Assembly (NCBI GenBank): GCA_046075565.1 | Contig: JBJTQJ010000021.1 | Coordinates: 36,875 to 100,874 of the forward strand | Direction: 5' to 3' | Origin: Verrucomicrobiales bacterium | Lineage (GTDB): Bacteria; Verrucomicrobiota; Verrucomicrobiia; Verrucomicrobiales; SLCJ01 | DNA: 64,000 nt | Part shown: one piece after another, positions 19,514 to 29,387 of the stretch | Layout of the letters: each line of letters opens with the position of its first letter | Numbering within the stretch: the stretch's first letter is position 1 | Position numbers and translations under genes: made by a program | The notes under the pieces: generated by a model | Database searches by the model: none | The model's input: the letters and a program-made list of their open reading frames with translations, nothing else | Told to the model about the DNA's origin: nothing

Positions 19514-19616
19514 GGGGCAAGACCGGGACGGTCTTGCTACGCTTTCAATGGACGCTCACCAGATCCCTTTGAGGTTCCGCGTCAACCGTAGCAAGAGCGT
19601 CTCGCTCTTGCCCTGC
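19514..19616. repeat. REPIN-like doublet (GTAGCAAGA family), copy 1
   Basis: GGGCAAGACCGGGACGGTCTTGCTAC ... GTAGCAAGAGCGTCTCGCTCTTGCCC; identical arms at 55177-55283. Confidence 0.88.
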
Positions 19617-19729
19617 AAGGAAGAAGCTAATGAAAGTCGGCGGGCGAGAGTTTTGCCGTTCCGCCACCTGTCTCTTCACCCGGTCCGCAATTTCTGTCGC
19701 AATCGCGGCATCCGCGTTTACGATCCGGC

Positions 19730-20152
19730 ATGGAACGTCCGACCTTGATCACCCGGGAAGAAGTCATGTTTTTCGATACCGATTGCGGTGGTGTCGTGCA
19801 CAACCTCGCCTATCTCCGGATGATCGAAACCAACCGCACGCGTCTGGCCGCGCAACTCGGCATGGATCTCCGCACCATGGCATCCACCGGCGTTTATCCC
19901 GTGCTCACGCGCACGGAAATCCAATACCGCAAACCGGGTGTGCTTGGAGACTGGCTCCGCATCACCGGTCATCTCGATGTCATTGATGGCGCGCGCTTTT
20001 GGTGCCGCTTTATCATGCAGCGCGACGAAGATGAAACCATGCTCATCACCGCGCGCCAACAACTCGCCCTCGTGCAGATGCCCGCCGGACGCCCGCAGCG
20101 CCTGCCCGCGGATTGGAAGGAAAAATTCGGCGAACTGGCTCCGATGGAGTGA
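19730..20152 (+). CDS. Acyl-CoA thioesterase (YbgC/FadM hotdog family)
   Basis: FFDTDCGGVVHNLAYLRMIE. Confidence 0.88.
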   Translation: MERPTLITREEVMFFDTDCGGVVHNLAYLRMIETNRTRLAAQLGMDLRTMASTGVYPVLTRTEIQYRKPGVLGDWLRITGHLDVIDGARFWCRFIMQRDEDETMLITARQQLALVQMPAGRPQRLPADWKEKFGELAPME

Positions 20153-20161
20153 GCGATCACT

Positions 20162-22534
20162 TCATAGTGGATCTGCAGGGACGGTCTTCGTTTCTCCATT
20201 CGCCCGCACAACGACATCCCGCGGTTGTGCGGATTGGATTTTGTATTTGATCACGCGGCCATCTTTCCATGACAGATCAACGATGAACCCTCCCCGGGCG
20301 CGGAGTCCACGGACCGAACCATCCGGCCAGTCCTTGGGAAAGGCCGGCAGGAGGTCGAGGATGAAGCGCTGGTCGCCGGGTCCGGTGCCGGGTTCTCGCT
20401 CGTGGCTTTGCAGAAGCATCTCTGCGAGTCCGGCCGTCGAGCCGAAGTTTCCATCAATCTGAAAGGGCGGGTGGGAGTTGAAAAGATTACTGAGGGTGCT
20501 GCGGCGCAGAAGGGTGAGGTAGTGATCACGGGCGGCATCACCATCACGAAGCCGGGCGCTGAAATTGATCAACCACGCGCGGCTCCAACCCGTGCCTCCC
20601 CCGCCATTCTTGAGACGGTAGTCCAGCGCCGCCTTCGCTGCCGCGATCAAATCCGGGGTGTGGCTGCCCATTTGAGCGAAAGGATGCAGTCCGACAAGGT
20701 GCGACATGTGGCGATGGCCGGGTTCCGCTTCCTTGTAAGCTTGCGACCATTCAAGCAGCCGCCCATCTTCGCCGATACGAAGGGGAGGAAGTTTCTCCCG
20801 TGCGGCGGCGATGCGTTGGCGCAGGGATTCGTCGCGCCCAAGGATGGCGCAAGACCGATCGGTGGCATCGAGGATGGCACGGACAATAGTTGTGTGGTAA
20901 GCGGAAGCGATAGTGATCCTCACCCGTTCGCCAGTTGTGGGATCGATGTAGGTGTTTTCAGGAGAAGTCGATGGCACGATGCCGAGACTGCCATCCGGAA
21001 GCGGTGTGAGGATATCCAAAACGAATTCGGCCGATCCCGTGAGAATCGGGTGGATTCGCTCGAGCAATTTCCTGTCACCGGAAAATTGCCAAAGGTCGAA
21101 CAACTGCTCGGACATCCAGGCTCCGCAAAGTGGATCGAGGCTGGCATTGAGGAACTGTGATGAAAGGGTGGACGCGCTTGGTGAAACCCGTCCGAACGGA
21201 TTGGTGGCCAGAAAACACGTCCAGCCGTCGGATTCATAAAGGCGCTTGGCCGCTTCCCGCCCGCGACCCGCAAGCAACTCGAACCAATCGAGCAAGGGGT
21301 CGATGGTGTCAGGCAGGTTGGCAGTGCCGGCGGGCCAGTAGTTCATCTGCAAATTGATATTCAAGTGGAAGTCCGATTCCCATGGTGCCCACATGCGCTC
21401 ATTCCAGATGCCTTGCAGATTGGCGGGCAGCACGCCCGGCCTGCGGGAGCTGGCCAGCAGAAGGTAACGACCGAATTGAAAATGAAGGGCGACCAAACCC
21501 GGATCGTCCCCGCCTTTTTTGACCGCTTCCAAACGAGTGCTGGTTGTTTGTTTTTCCTTGCTGTCATCGCCGAGGTCGAGCAGCACGTCGTGGTAGCGCG
21601 GTTGGTATTCGGCCAGGTGCGCGGCCAACACTTTCTCCCATCCGTCGGCGGTGGCTTTCGCCAGGATCTCGCGGCAGCAGGCGAGGGGATCGATGGAACG
21701 ATCGAAGTCCATTTTCGCGAGGGAGTAATCGGTGGCGGCGGTGAGAAAGATCCATGCTTCGTTTGCACCCTTGATGGTGACCTTTCCTTGTCCGGCGGTG
21801 ACCGAACCACCCCGGGTGGTGGCTTGCCCGAGGGCGGCGAAACGCATGTGCGCCCCACCGGGACCGGAGCCACCGGCGTTGTCATCGTAGCCACCATCTT
21901 TTTTCGCGACATCGACGATTTGTCCGGTGAAACCAAGTCCGGCGATGGGTTTGATATCCTTTTCCCTCGCCAGCGAGGCGGTGAAAGAGAGCGTGCCGGG
22001 TTTGTCGGTGAGGATGCGGATGGCAATGACATCGTGCGGAGCGGAAATGAAGACATGGCGGTGGATGGTGGCTTCGCCCTGCCGGCAAATCGTGCTGGCC
22101 ATCGCGGTGCCGAGAGCCAGCTCGCGGCGGTAATCGGTGGCTTCCGGACCATCGCCGAAATCGAGGAACAAATCCCCGAGTGGTTGATAGGAACGGAAGG
22201 AGGTTGGTTCGGCGGTGAGGTGCTTGATCCCGTGGGCATGGGCTTCGGCGGGTTTGCCCGCAAGGACCAGTTCGCGGGTTTTCGCGAGGTGCTTCGGATA
22301 GTCGGCGGGCCAGGCTTCGACCGGACAACCTGCCCAAAGGCTCTCTTCGTTCAATTGGATGCGTTCGCGCCCTACGCCTCCGAAGACCATCGCCCCAAGG
22401 CGGCCATTTCCCAGTGGCAGGGCCTCAACCCACTTTGCGGCGGGTTGATCATACCAAAGAGCGGCCTTGCCCGCGAATAGGGATTCGGCTGAGAGAAGAG
22501 AGAAGACAATGATCAATCGGAACGCAGGATGCAT
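20162..22534 (-). CDS. Glycoside hydrolase family 95 (alpha-L-fucosidase/galactosidase)
   Basis: [58 protein letters not shown]; signal peptide. Confidence 0.93.
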   Translation of the reverse strand: MHPAFRLIIVFSLLSAESLFAGKAALWYDQPAAKWVEALPLGNGRLGAMVFGGVGRERIQLNEESLWAGCPVEAWPADYPKHLAKTRELVLAGKPAEAHAHGIKHLTAEPTSFRSYQPLGDLFLDFGDGPEATDYRRELALGTAMASTICRQGEATIHRHVFISAPHDVIAIRILTDKPGTLSFTASLAREKDIKPIAGLGFTGQIVDVAKKDGGYDDNAGGSGPGGAHMRFAALGQATTRGGSVTAGQGKVTIKGANEAWIFLTAATDYSLAKMDFDRSIDPLACCREILAKATADGWEKVLAAHLAEYQPRYHDVLLDLGDDSKEKQTTSTRLEAVKKGGDDPGLVALHFQFGRYLLLASSRRPGVLPANLQGIWNERMWAPWESDFHLNINLQMNYWPAGTANLPDTIDPLLDWFELLAGRGREAAKRLYESDGWTCFLATNPFGRVSPSASTLSSQFLNASLDPLCGAWMSEQLFDLWQFSGDRKLLERIHPILTGSAEFVLDILTPLPDGSLGIVPSTSPENTYIDPTTGERVRITIASAYHTTIVRAILDATDRSCAILGRDESLRQRIAAAREKLPPLRIGEDGRLLEWSQAYKEAEPGHRHMSHLVGLHPFAQMGSHTPDLIAAAKAALDYRLKNGGGGTGWSRAWLINFSARLRDGDAARDHYLTLLRRSTLSNLFNSHPPFQIDGNFGSTAGLAEMLLQSHEREPGTGPGDQRFILDLLPAFPKDWPDGSVRGLRARGGFIVDLSWKDGRVIKYKIQSAQPRDVVVRANGETKTVPADPL

Positions 22535-22726
22535 ATGGGAGATGGAGAAACCATCCACCCATACGCCACCACGTTTCGGCATTCATCGCCGAATTTGTGC
22601 ATCATCCACCTCTGGTCATGGGCGGGTGGAATTGCCTGGGCGCGCCGGAGCGGATTTTCCCGGCCAGGTCTTTCACGCTCGCGAATCGCGCTTTGCGTGG
22701 CGGACCGAAACGGCTAGTATCATCCT

Positions 22727-23839
22727 GTGAACCCAACCCGACCTGCCTCGCGCAAATCTTTCATCGACCGCCGCTTTCGTCGGGCCATCACCGCGACGAT
22801 TGTGCTCGCGTTCGCGGCCGCTTCGGACCCGGTCCGGGCGGAGGAAAAGCACGCGCCCCACAAAGAATTCCGGCCAGGGCGTCCGTGGTTGGATACGGGC
22901 GGCACGCACATCAATGCCCACGGCCACTGCATTATCGATCACGACGGCCGCCACTACTGGTATGGCGCGCATAAAATCGAAGGGAAGACGGAGAATGAAA
23001 AAAATGAGGCGGGCGTGCGATGCTACGTGAGTGACGATTTGTTGAACTGGAAGGATGAAGGTCTCGTGCTCGATGTGTTTGCGAAGGACGCTCACCCGGA
23101 ACTCGCCAAGGCATTCATCCTGGATCGGCCAAAGGTGGTCCACCATGTAAAGTCCGGAAAGTTTATCCTCTATTTCAAACTGTATCCGCCAAAGGAGGAA
23201 GGTGGGAAGTCCGGCAAGGACTACGCTTACGTCGGTGTCGCGACTTCGGTCAACCCCACGGGTCCGTTTGAATACAAAGGACGTTTCCTCGGTGCGGGCA
23301 CCGAATTCGGCACCGGTGACTTTGCAATGTATGCCGATGAGGACGGCAGCATTTACCACATCTGTGTGCGCAAGCCGGACAAGTTCCTGATCGCCGGCAA
23401 GATGACGGACGATGGTTTGCGCCCGGCCGGCGAGTATTTTGAAATGCGGGGCGTCATCCGCGCGACAGAAGCACCAGCTCTTTTTCGCCGGGGCTCAAAG
23501 GTTTATCTGCTCGGTTCCGGCAGCACTGGGTGGAAGCCGAATCCCGCGCGCATGTTCGTGGCCGATCAGTTGGCCGGACCGTGGAAAGATTTGGGCAATC
23601 CATGCAAAGGTATCAATCCGCACAACAAACTTGGGCCCGAGAAGACCTTCGGTGGGCAGAGCACGTTTGTTTAGCCCGTCTCAGGTCGGAGGGACGCGCG
23701 GATTGCCATGTTCGACATCAACAGCGAGAGCGATCCGTTCCATGCGAACTACATATGGCTTCCCATTGAATTCGACGGAGACCAACCGGTCATCACTTGG
23801 CGCAATGCATGGAACTTGACTGTATTTCCCAACAAGTAA
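22727..23839 (+). pseudogene. Glycoside hydrolase family 43 (GH43_24-like) interrupted by in-frame TAG at 23672
   Basis: HINAHG, DRPKV, EAPA, STGWKPN, GGQSTFV; after the TAG the frame continues PVSGRRDARIAMFD...YIWLPIEF...W to TAA 23839, matching the usual last propeller blade. Confidence 0.85.
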
Positions 23840-23851
23840 CCCCCCGATGCC

Positions 23852-24577
23852 ATGATTCTGCCATTACGCTTTTTGCTTCTTTGCAGTCTTTGTCTCTACG
23901 CTTTGGGTTCCGTGATGGCCGAACCGAAACAGGCCAGGGTTTTCATCGCGCTCTGCGATAACAAAACCCAAGGTATCGTGCCCGTAGGCGAAAAGATAGG
24001 CAATCGCGATGATCCTGATGCCAATCTCTACTGGGGATGTTCCGATGGATTCGGGACCTACTTCCGCCGCAGCAAATCATGGAAAACCACCGCCTTGGAG
24101 AAGGATGTATCTCCCGACATTCTGCGCCGCATGAAACTCACCCACATCGGCGGACAAATGGAATTGACCGCCGAGGCCTACCGGGGATCGAAGATCAAGG
24201 ACTGTCTGCGGGATTTTGAGAACGCGGCTGCGTCCGGGAAATACGATCTTGTCGCTTTCATCGGTCACAATGGCCTGATGGACTTTGAATTGGCTCCGCC
24301 GCCGAAGGTGGAAGGGAACCAAACCCACGTGGTTGTGCTCTGCTGTCTGAGTGAGAAATACTTCGGCGAGCGTCTGCGTGCCCTCGGATGCCAGCCGATC
24401 CTGATGACCCGCCAGCTCATGTATCCGGGATCTTTTTTGCTCCATGCAGCCATCGACAAACACCTGGCCGGTGCCGATGCAGACGCCATCCGCACCGCCG
24501 CTACCGCCGCCTACGCCGCCAATCAGAAGATTTCCACCAGGGCCGCATTGGGGGTGTTCAGCGGGGGAAAAGAGTAG
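23852..24577 (+). CDS. Conserved secreted hypothetical protein
   Basis: Signal peptide; LCDNKTQGIVPV, NLYWG, FIGHNGLMDF, VVLCCLS. Confidence 0.75.
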   Translation: MILPLRFLLLCSLCLYALGSVMAEPKQARVFIALCDNKTQGIVPVGEKIGNRDDPDANLYWGCSDGFGTYFRRSKSWKTTALEKDVSPDILRRMKLTHIGGQMELTAEAYRGSKIKDCLRDFENAAASGKYDLVAFIGHNGLMDFELAPPPKVEGNQTHVVVLCCLSEKYFGERLRALGCQPILMTRQLMYPGSFLLHAAIDKHLAGADADAIRTAATAAYAANQKISTRAALGVFSGGKE

Positions 24578-24798
24578 CACGATCCCGTGTGTTGATTTCG
24601 CGTTTTATGCCGGGGTTTCGCCCTGCCTGAGGTCGTTCGTGGGCTGCTTGCTCGTAGAGCCTGTCCTGCCAACTTACCGGGATGGACCGTACTTTCACCC
24701 CCTCATCCGCTTTCCCATTCTTATAATTATGGAAACAATTTGGGTCTCTTAAGGAAATATTGATTGTCAAATGCGAGAAAATCCGTTTTCCTACCTGT

Positions 24799-26106
24799 AT
24801 GGCCCGCCTGATGATCGTAGATGACGAGCGCTCCGTGCGCGAACTAATCTCCCGTTACACCCAAACCCAGGGACACGAATCGGTCACCTATTCGACCGGG
24901 AGATCGGCAATTGATGCCTTCGACCAGTCGAAACCCGACCTGCTGCTTGTGGACCTTCGCATTGGCGACATGGATGGTCTGGAGGTAATCAAGGCTTGTA
25001 AGGAGAAAAGCCCGTCGCTTCCGGTGATCATGATCACGGGTCACGGGAGCGTGGAGACGGCGGTGGAGGCCATGCGCCTCGGGGCCTACGATTATTTGAC
25101 GAAGCCCTTTGAACTGGACGATCTCGGGCGCACCATCCAGGCGGCTCTGGCGGAGACCGGCACCACTTCGATGGCTCCGGCGGCGGAGATTCCGCCCGCC
25201 CAGTCCACGGCCGTGGTTGGACGCAGCGAGGCCGTGCGCAAGATTCAAATGTTGATCGATCGGATCGGCGGACGCCCGGCCAATGTGGTTTTCGAAGGCG
25301 AATATGGCGTGGGCAAAATTTCCTTCGCCCGCCAATTGCACGCCGCTGGTCCGAGCGCGCGTTACGCTTTCCGCACCATCCATTGCAGCGCCTTGCCCGA
25401 AGCTTTGCTTGAACAGGAACTTTCCGGTGGTGAGGGCGTCCGCAACGCCTTTGAACGCGCCGCCGGAGGCACGCTCGTGCTGGAAGAAGTCGATACCCTG
25501 CGTCCGCGCTTGCAGGCCATATTGCAAGACCAGCTCGGCGACGGCCATGGCAAACCCTTCCGCGTCATTGCCACCACCACGCGCGCCCTCGACACCATGG
25601 TGCGCAAGGGGGAATTCCGCTCGGATCTTTTCTACCGCCTGGCGGTGATCCCCGTGGCGGTGCCCGCCCTGCGTGACCGCGCGGAAGACATCCTGCCCTT
25701 GGCTGAGCATTTCCTCGCGGAGATTGCGGCCAAAGTCCCGGGTGCCCCGCAGCGCATTGAGAAGGAAGCCAAAAAGCTGCTCCAGAAATACCCTTGGCCG
25801 GGCAACGTGGGCGAGTTGCAAAACTCCATCCAACGGGCCTGCGCGCTCGCGACCGGACCGGAAATCACGTCCATGGAATTGCCGGCGCGCCTGCGCCAGC
25901 CCGCCCCGCCCATCCCGGTGCCAGGACAAAATGGCGGCGATGAGGAAGGTGCTCTGCCCGTGGGCAGCAGCTTGAACAAGTTCATCCGCGAGCAGGAGCG
26001 CCGCTTCATTAAGGCAACACTCGCCTCCGTGGGTGGCAATAAGGAGCAAGCGGCAGGCATCCTCGAGATCAGCCTCGCCACCCTCTACCGCAAACTGGAC
26101 GAATGA
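24799..26106 (+). CDS. NtrC-like response regulator (REC-AAA+-Fis HTH) lacking GAFTGA
   Basis: VDDE...D...GAYDYLTKPF; GEYGVGK; FRSDLFYRL; WPGNVGEL; ISLATLYRKL. Confidence 0.9.
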   Translation: MARLMIVDDERSVRELISRYTQTQGHESVTYSTGRSAIDAFDQSKPDLLLVDLRIGDMDGLEVIKACKEKSPSLPVIMITGHGSVETAVEAMRLGAYDYLTKPFELDDLGRTIQAALAETGTTSMAPAAEIPPAQSTAVVGRSEAVRKIQMLIDRIGGRPANVVFEGEYGVGKISFARQLHAAGPSARYAFRTIHCSALPEALLEQELSGGEGVRNAFERAAGGTLVLEEVDTLRPRLQAILQDQLGDGHGKPFRVIATTTRALDTMVRKGEFRSDLFYRLAVIPVAVPALRDRAEDILPLAEHFLAEIAAKVPGAPQRIEKEAKKLLQKYPWPGNVGELQNSIQRACALATGPEITSMELPARLRQPAPPIPVPGQNGGDEEGALPVGSSLNKFIREQERRFIKATLASVGGNKEQAAGILEISLATLYRKLDE

Positions 26107-26819
26107 CCCATCCGGGCGGAGAATGCGGCGTGATCGCTTCTTCCCAACACGCGCCCCGGCTGCTCGTCACCGCTGGTCCGACCCACGAGGCCATCGACCC
26201 GGTCCGTTATATTGCCAACCGTTCATCGGGAAAAATGGGCTTTGCCTTGGCGGCCCGCGCTGCCGCCCGCGGATGGAGCTGCTTGCTCGTGGCGGGGCCG
26301 GTGCATCTGCCGACACCGACGGGAGTCGAGCGAGTGGATGTGGTTTCCGCGGAGGAAATGTATGAAGCGGTTGCTAGCCGCGCTTTTAGCTATGATGCCG
26401 CCATTCACTCCGCCGCCGTGGCCGACTTCCGACCGCTCCATGCAGCGGAAGGCAAGATCAAGAAGAGCGGCCACGAAGGACTAACCCTCGAACTCACCCG
26501 CACGCGCGACATCCTCGGTTCCATGCGCGGCGATATCGGCTTCACCGGAGTGCTTGTCGGCTTCGCGGCGGAAACATCGAATCTGTTAGAGGAAGCGGAA
26601 AGGAAATACCGCACCAAAGGCTGTGATCTCCTCGTGGCCAATGATGTCTCGCGCCCGGACATCGGCTTCGGTTCCGATTTCAACGAGGTGCTCCTCATTT
26701 CTCCCCCGCGACCGCCCGAGCCATTGCCCCGCGCGACGAAAGAATCCATCGCCGATGCCATTCTGGATCGCATCGCGGAGTTGCTGGCGGGGAGGGGGAG
26801 TGAGAGAAGGGGTCGTTGA
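26103..26819 (+). CDS. coaB: Phosphopantothenate--cysteine ligase (stand-alone CoaB domain)
   Basis: VTAGPTHEAIDPVRYIANRSSGKMG, AAVADF, VGFAAET, VANDV. Confidence 0.88.
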   Translation: MTHPGGECGVIASSQHAPRLLVTAGPTHEAIDPVRYIANRSSGKMGFALAARAAARGWSCLLVAGPVHLPTPTGVERVDVVSAEEMYEAVASRAFSYDAAIHSAAVADFRPLHAAEGKIKKSGHEGLTLELTRTRDILGSMRGDIGFTGVLVGFAAETSNLLEEAERKYRTKGCDLLVANDVSRPDIGFGSDFNEVLLISPPRPPEPLPRATKESIADAILDRIAELLAGRGSERRGR

Positions 26820-26859
26820 ACTTCTACGGATGAAGACCAATGCTTGAGAGCCGGAGCCT

Positions 26860-26958
26860 GCCGAGCTGGGGCTCGGCGTTCCCAGGGTGGTGATTTACAT
26901 ATCGAGATTTTGAGGCGTCGTCCGCGTGAAACGGGAACGCGCCGGGTTTCAGCTCGGC
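26860..26958. repeat. REP pair (CTGGGAACGCCGAG family)
   Basis: GCCGAGCTGGGGCTCGGCGTTCCCAG (26860-26885) and degenerate inverted copy GGGAACGCGCCGGGTTTCAGCTCGGC (26933-26958). Confidence 0.6.
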
Positions 26959-27035
26959 AGGGGATCCCCAAGGTTTTCCGGGAAATCCACGCTGCGGGAC
27001 TTTTCCTGGCGCGGGGCCTGCGTATGGTGTGGGCG

Positions 27036-28529
27036 GTGGATCTGAAATTCAAATCCAGGGTAATGGTGATTGGCGGCGGTCTGGGAGGACTGGCGGCCTC
27101 GATTCGTCTGGCCTTGGCCGGTTGCCAGGTCACGGTATTCGAGCGGGGCGAGCGGGTGGGGGGAAAAATGGGAACGCTGGAGTGGGAGGGTTTTCATTGG
27201 GATACGGGTCCATCACTCTTGACGATGCCCCATGTGCTTTCGGACTTGTGGGAGGCGGCGGGTGCGAAGTTGGAGGACGATTTGGAATTGCTGCCTTTAC
27301 CCCAGACCTGCCGCTATCGCTGGCAGGATGGCACGGTGATCGACGAAGACGAGGATTTCTGGAGGCTGCCCGATGTGGAGGCTTTCCTCAAACACGCGCG
27401 CGGACTTTACGACATCAGCGCGAACACTTTTCTCCATCATCCCTTGGGTGAGTGGAAACGTCAGCTCACCTTGCGGAACCTTCCTTTGTTGCGTCACCTG
27501 CCGAAACTTGCCGATCCGCGGGCAATGGCGCGCACGAGTGCCGGCTTCTTCCCGCGTTCGCCGCATTTGCAGCAATTGTTCAACCGCTTCGCAACCTACA
27601 ATGGTTCATCGCCTTACAAGGCACCATCGGCGTTCCACATCATCCCGTATGTTCAGGCGAGATTCGGCGGATGGTATGCGAAGGGTGGCATGGTGGCGGT
27701 TGCCAAGGCGATGGAAAAACTCGCGTTGGCGCATGGCGTGCGCATCGAGTGCGGACAAGAGGTCGCGCGTTTGCAAGAGAATGCCGGACGATGGACGGTC
27801 TTCCATCGCGCGACCGAGGGAGGTCCGGTGCGACCATCCCATTGCGAGGGTGTGGTTTGCAACATGGACACGCTTGCCGCGACGAAACGTTTTCTGGATC
27901 CCGGATTCACGCCGAAGGCGGAGCTTTCCATGTCGGGATTCGTCATCCATGCGGCCATTGGCCGCGAGTATCCGGAGCTGGCGCACCACAACATCCTTTT
28001 CTCCAGCGATTACGAGCGGGAGTTCCGGGAAATTTTCCGCGAGCAAGCGCCGGCTTCGGAACCGACCATCTATATTTCCATCAGCGGAAAATCAGAAGCG
28101 GGGCGCGCTCCGGAAGGTTGCGAGAACTGGTTTGTGCTCGTCAATGCCCCGCCGGCCAAACCCGGATTCGAGTGGTCGTATTTCGCGCCCAAATATGCCG
28201 ACCGCATCCTCGGCATGATGACACGATTCGGTCTCGAGGACCCGCGTCCGCATGTGCGCTGGATGAAGACGGTCACGCCGGAAGATTTTGAAATGAACCA
28301 TCTGGCGATGGGAGGGGCGCTGTATGGTTATGCCTCGCATTCCGCTACCTCTGCTTTCAAACGCCCGGCCATGGCGGGCACGGCCCCGCGTTTGGTCTTC
28401 ACCGGTGGTTCGACGCATCCGGGCGGCGGGATTCCGTTGGTGGTGTTGTCCGGTCAGATGGCGGCGAGGGAACTTCTCATGCAGTTCGGGCATCCTCCTC
28501 TTGAACTGGCTGACGCCCTGCCGTCGTGA
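27036..28529 (+). CDS. Phytoene desaturase family protein (CrtD/CrtP-like carotenoid desaturase)
   Basis: IGGGLGGL FAD motif, WDTGPSLLTMP, RFATYNGSSPY, WFVLVNAP, GGSTHPGGGIPLV; start GTG 27036 or ATG 27024. Confidence 0.88.
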   Translation: MDLKFKSRVMVIGGGLGGLAASIRLALAGCQVTVFERGERVGGKMGTLEWEGFHWDTGPSLLTMPHVLSDLWEAAGAKLEDDLELLPLPQTCRYRWQDGTVIDEDEDFWRLPDVEAFLKHARGLYDISANTFLHHPLGEWKRQLTLRNLPLLRHLPKLADPRAMARTSAGFFPRSPHLQQLFNRFATYNGSSPYKAPSAFHIIPYVQARFGGWYAKGGMVAVAKAMEKLALAHGVRIECGQEVARLQENAGRWTVFHRATEGGPVRPSHCEGVVCNMDTLAATKRFLDPGFTPKAELSMSGFVIHAAIGREYPELAHHNILFSSDYEREFREIFREQAPASEPTIYISISGKSEAGRAPEGCENWFVLVNAPPAKPGFEWSYFAPKYADRILGMMTRFGLEDPRPHVRWMKTVTPEDFEMNHLAMGGALYGYASHSATSAFKRPAMAGTAPRLVFTGGSTHPGGGIPLVVLSGQMAARELLMQFGHPPLELADALPS

Positions 28530-28552
28530 CCGGCGTATAGAAGCCCGCTCGC

Positions 28553-29308
28553 ATGACCGCTTCCGAAAACTCCCGTTTCTCCCTTCTGGGTTGGTTCTTC
28601 GCGATCTGGTCGGTCGTGGGCGGTTTGGTGATGGCGGCGGGCATCGATCAAAACTTTGTCACGCGGGTGGAAATGCCGGAAATGACCCGCACGGTGGCGC
28701 TGGGCATCCTCCGGGTCTCGGACGCGCTCTGGATCACTTTGGCAGCGGGGCTGGTTTTTGCCCATGAGGCACGGCGACAGGGCGCCGCGAAGACAGTGCT
28801 TTCCTTTGCCATCATCGCGGTGGCCTCGGGTGCGGCGGAGTGGCTGGGGGCGAGCACCGGTTGGTTGTTCGGCGACTACGACTACAGCGGACAATTCGGC
28901 TGGCGCATCGGCGGGGTGCTGCCGTTCACCATTCCGCTGGCTTGGTTCATCGTGGTCACCGGGGCCTGCCGCGTGGCGGAAATGCTCCCATGGCCGGGGG
29001 CTTGGCCGCGGGCGCTGGCAGCGGCCGCCTTGGCTACCTTGACCGATGTGAATCTGGAGCCGGTGGCCATGCATGTGCGGGGCTACTGGCAATGGACCGA
29101 CGGTGCGGGCGGACCGCTGCGCGACGTGCCGCCATTTTACAATTATGCCTGCTGGTTTGTGCTGGCCTTCATCCTGGCGCGCGCGGTGCCAACGGGGGCA
29201 GCAAAAACGGCAAGTTCGGGCCACTGGAGTGCCCCCGGGCCGGTGGCTGTGCTCGTGTGGATGAATGTTCTTTTCGCCCTCGCCCATGTGGGGCAATGGA
29301 TCCGCTGA
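28553..29308 (+). CDS. Carotenoid biosynthesis membrane protein (CruF/DUF422 hydratase family)
   Basis: EWLGASTGWLFGDYDY, PFTIPLAW, DVNLEPVA...YWQW, PFYNYACW; follows the desaturase. Confidence 0.8.
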   Translation: MTASENSRFSLLGWFFAIWSVVGGLVMAAGIDQNFVTRVEMPEMTRTVALGILRVSDALWITLAAGLVFAHEARRQGAAKTVLSFAIIAVASGAAEWLGASTGWLFGDYDYSGQFGWRIGGVLPFTIPLAWFIVVTGACRVAEMLPWPGAWPRALAAAALATLTDVNLEPVAMHVRGYWQWTDGAGGPLRDVPPFYNYACWFVLAFILARAVPTGAAKTASSGHWSAPGPVAVLVWMNVLFALAHVGQWIR

Positions 29309-29387
29309 GGCACTCGCAAAATTGGGGGAGTTCCCGGTTGCGTTGACCCGCCATCGCCCGCATGGTTGCGGCCAGCAAGAGCTACGC

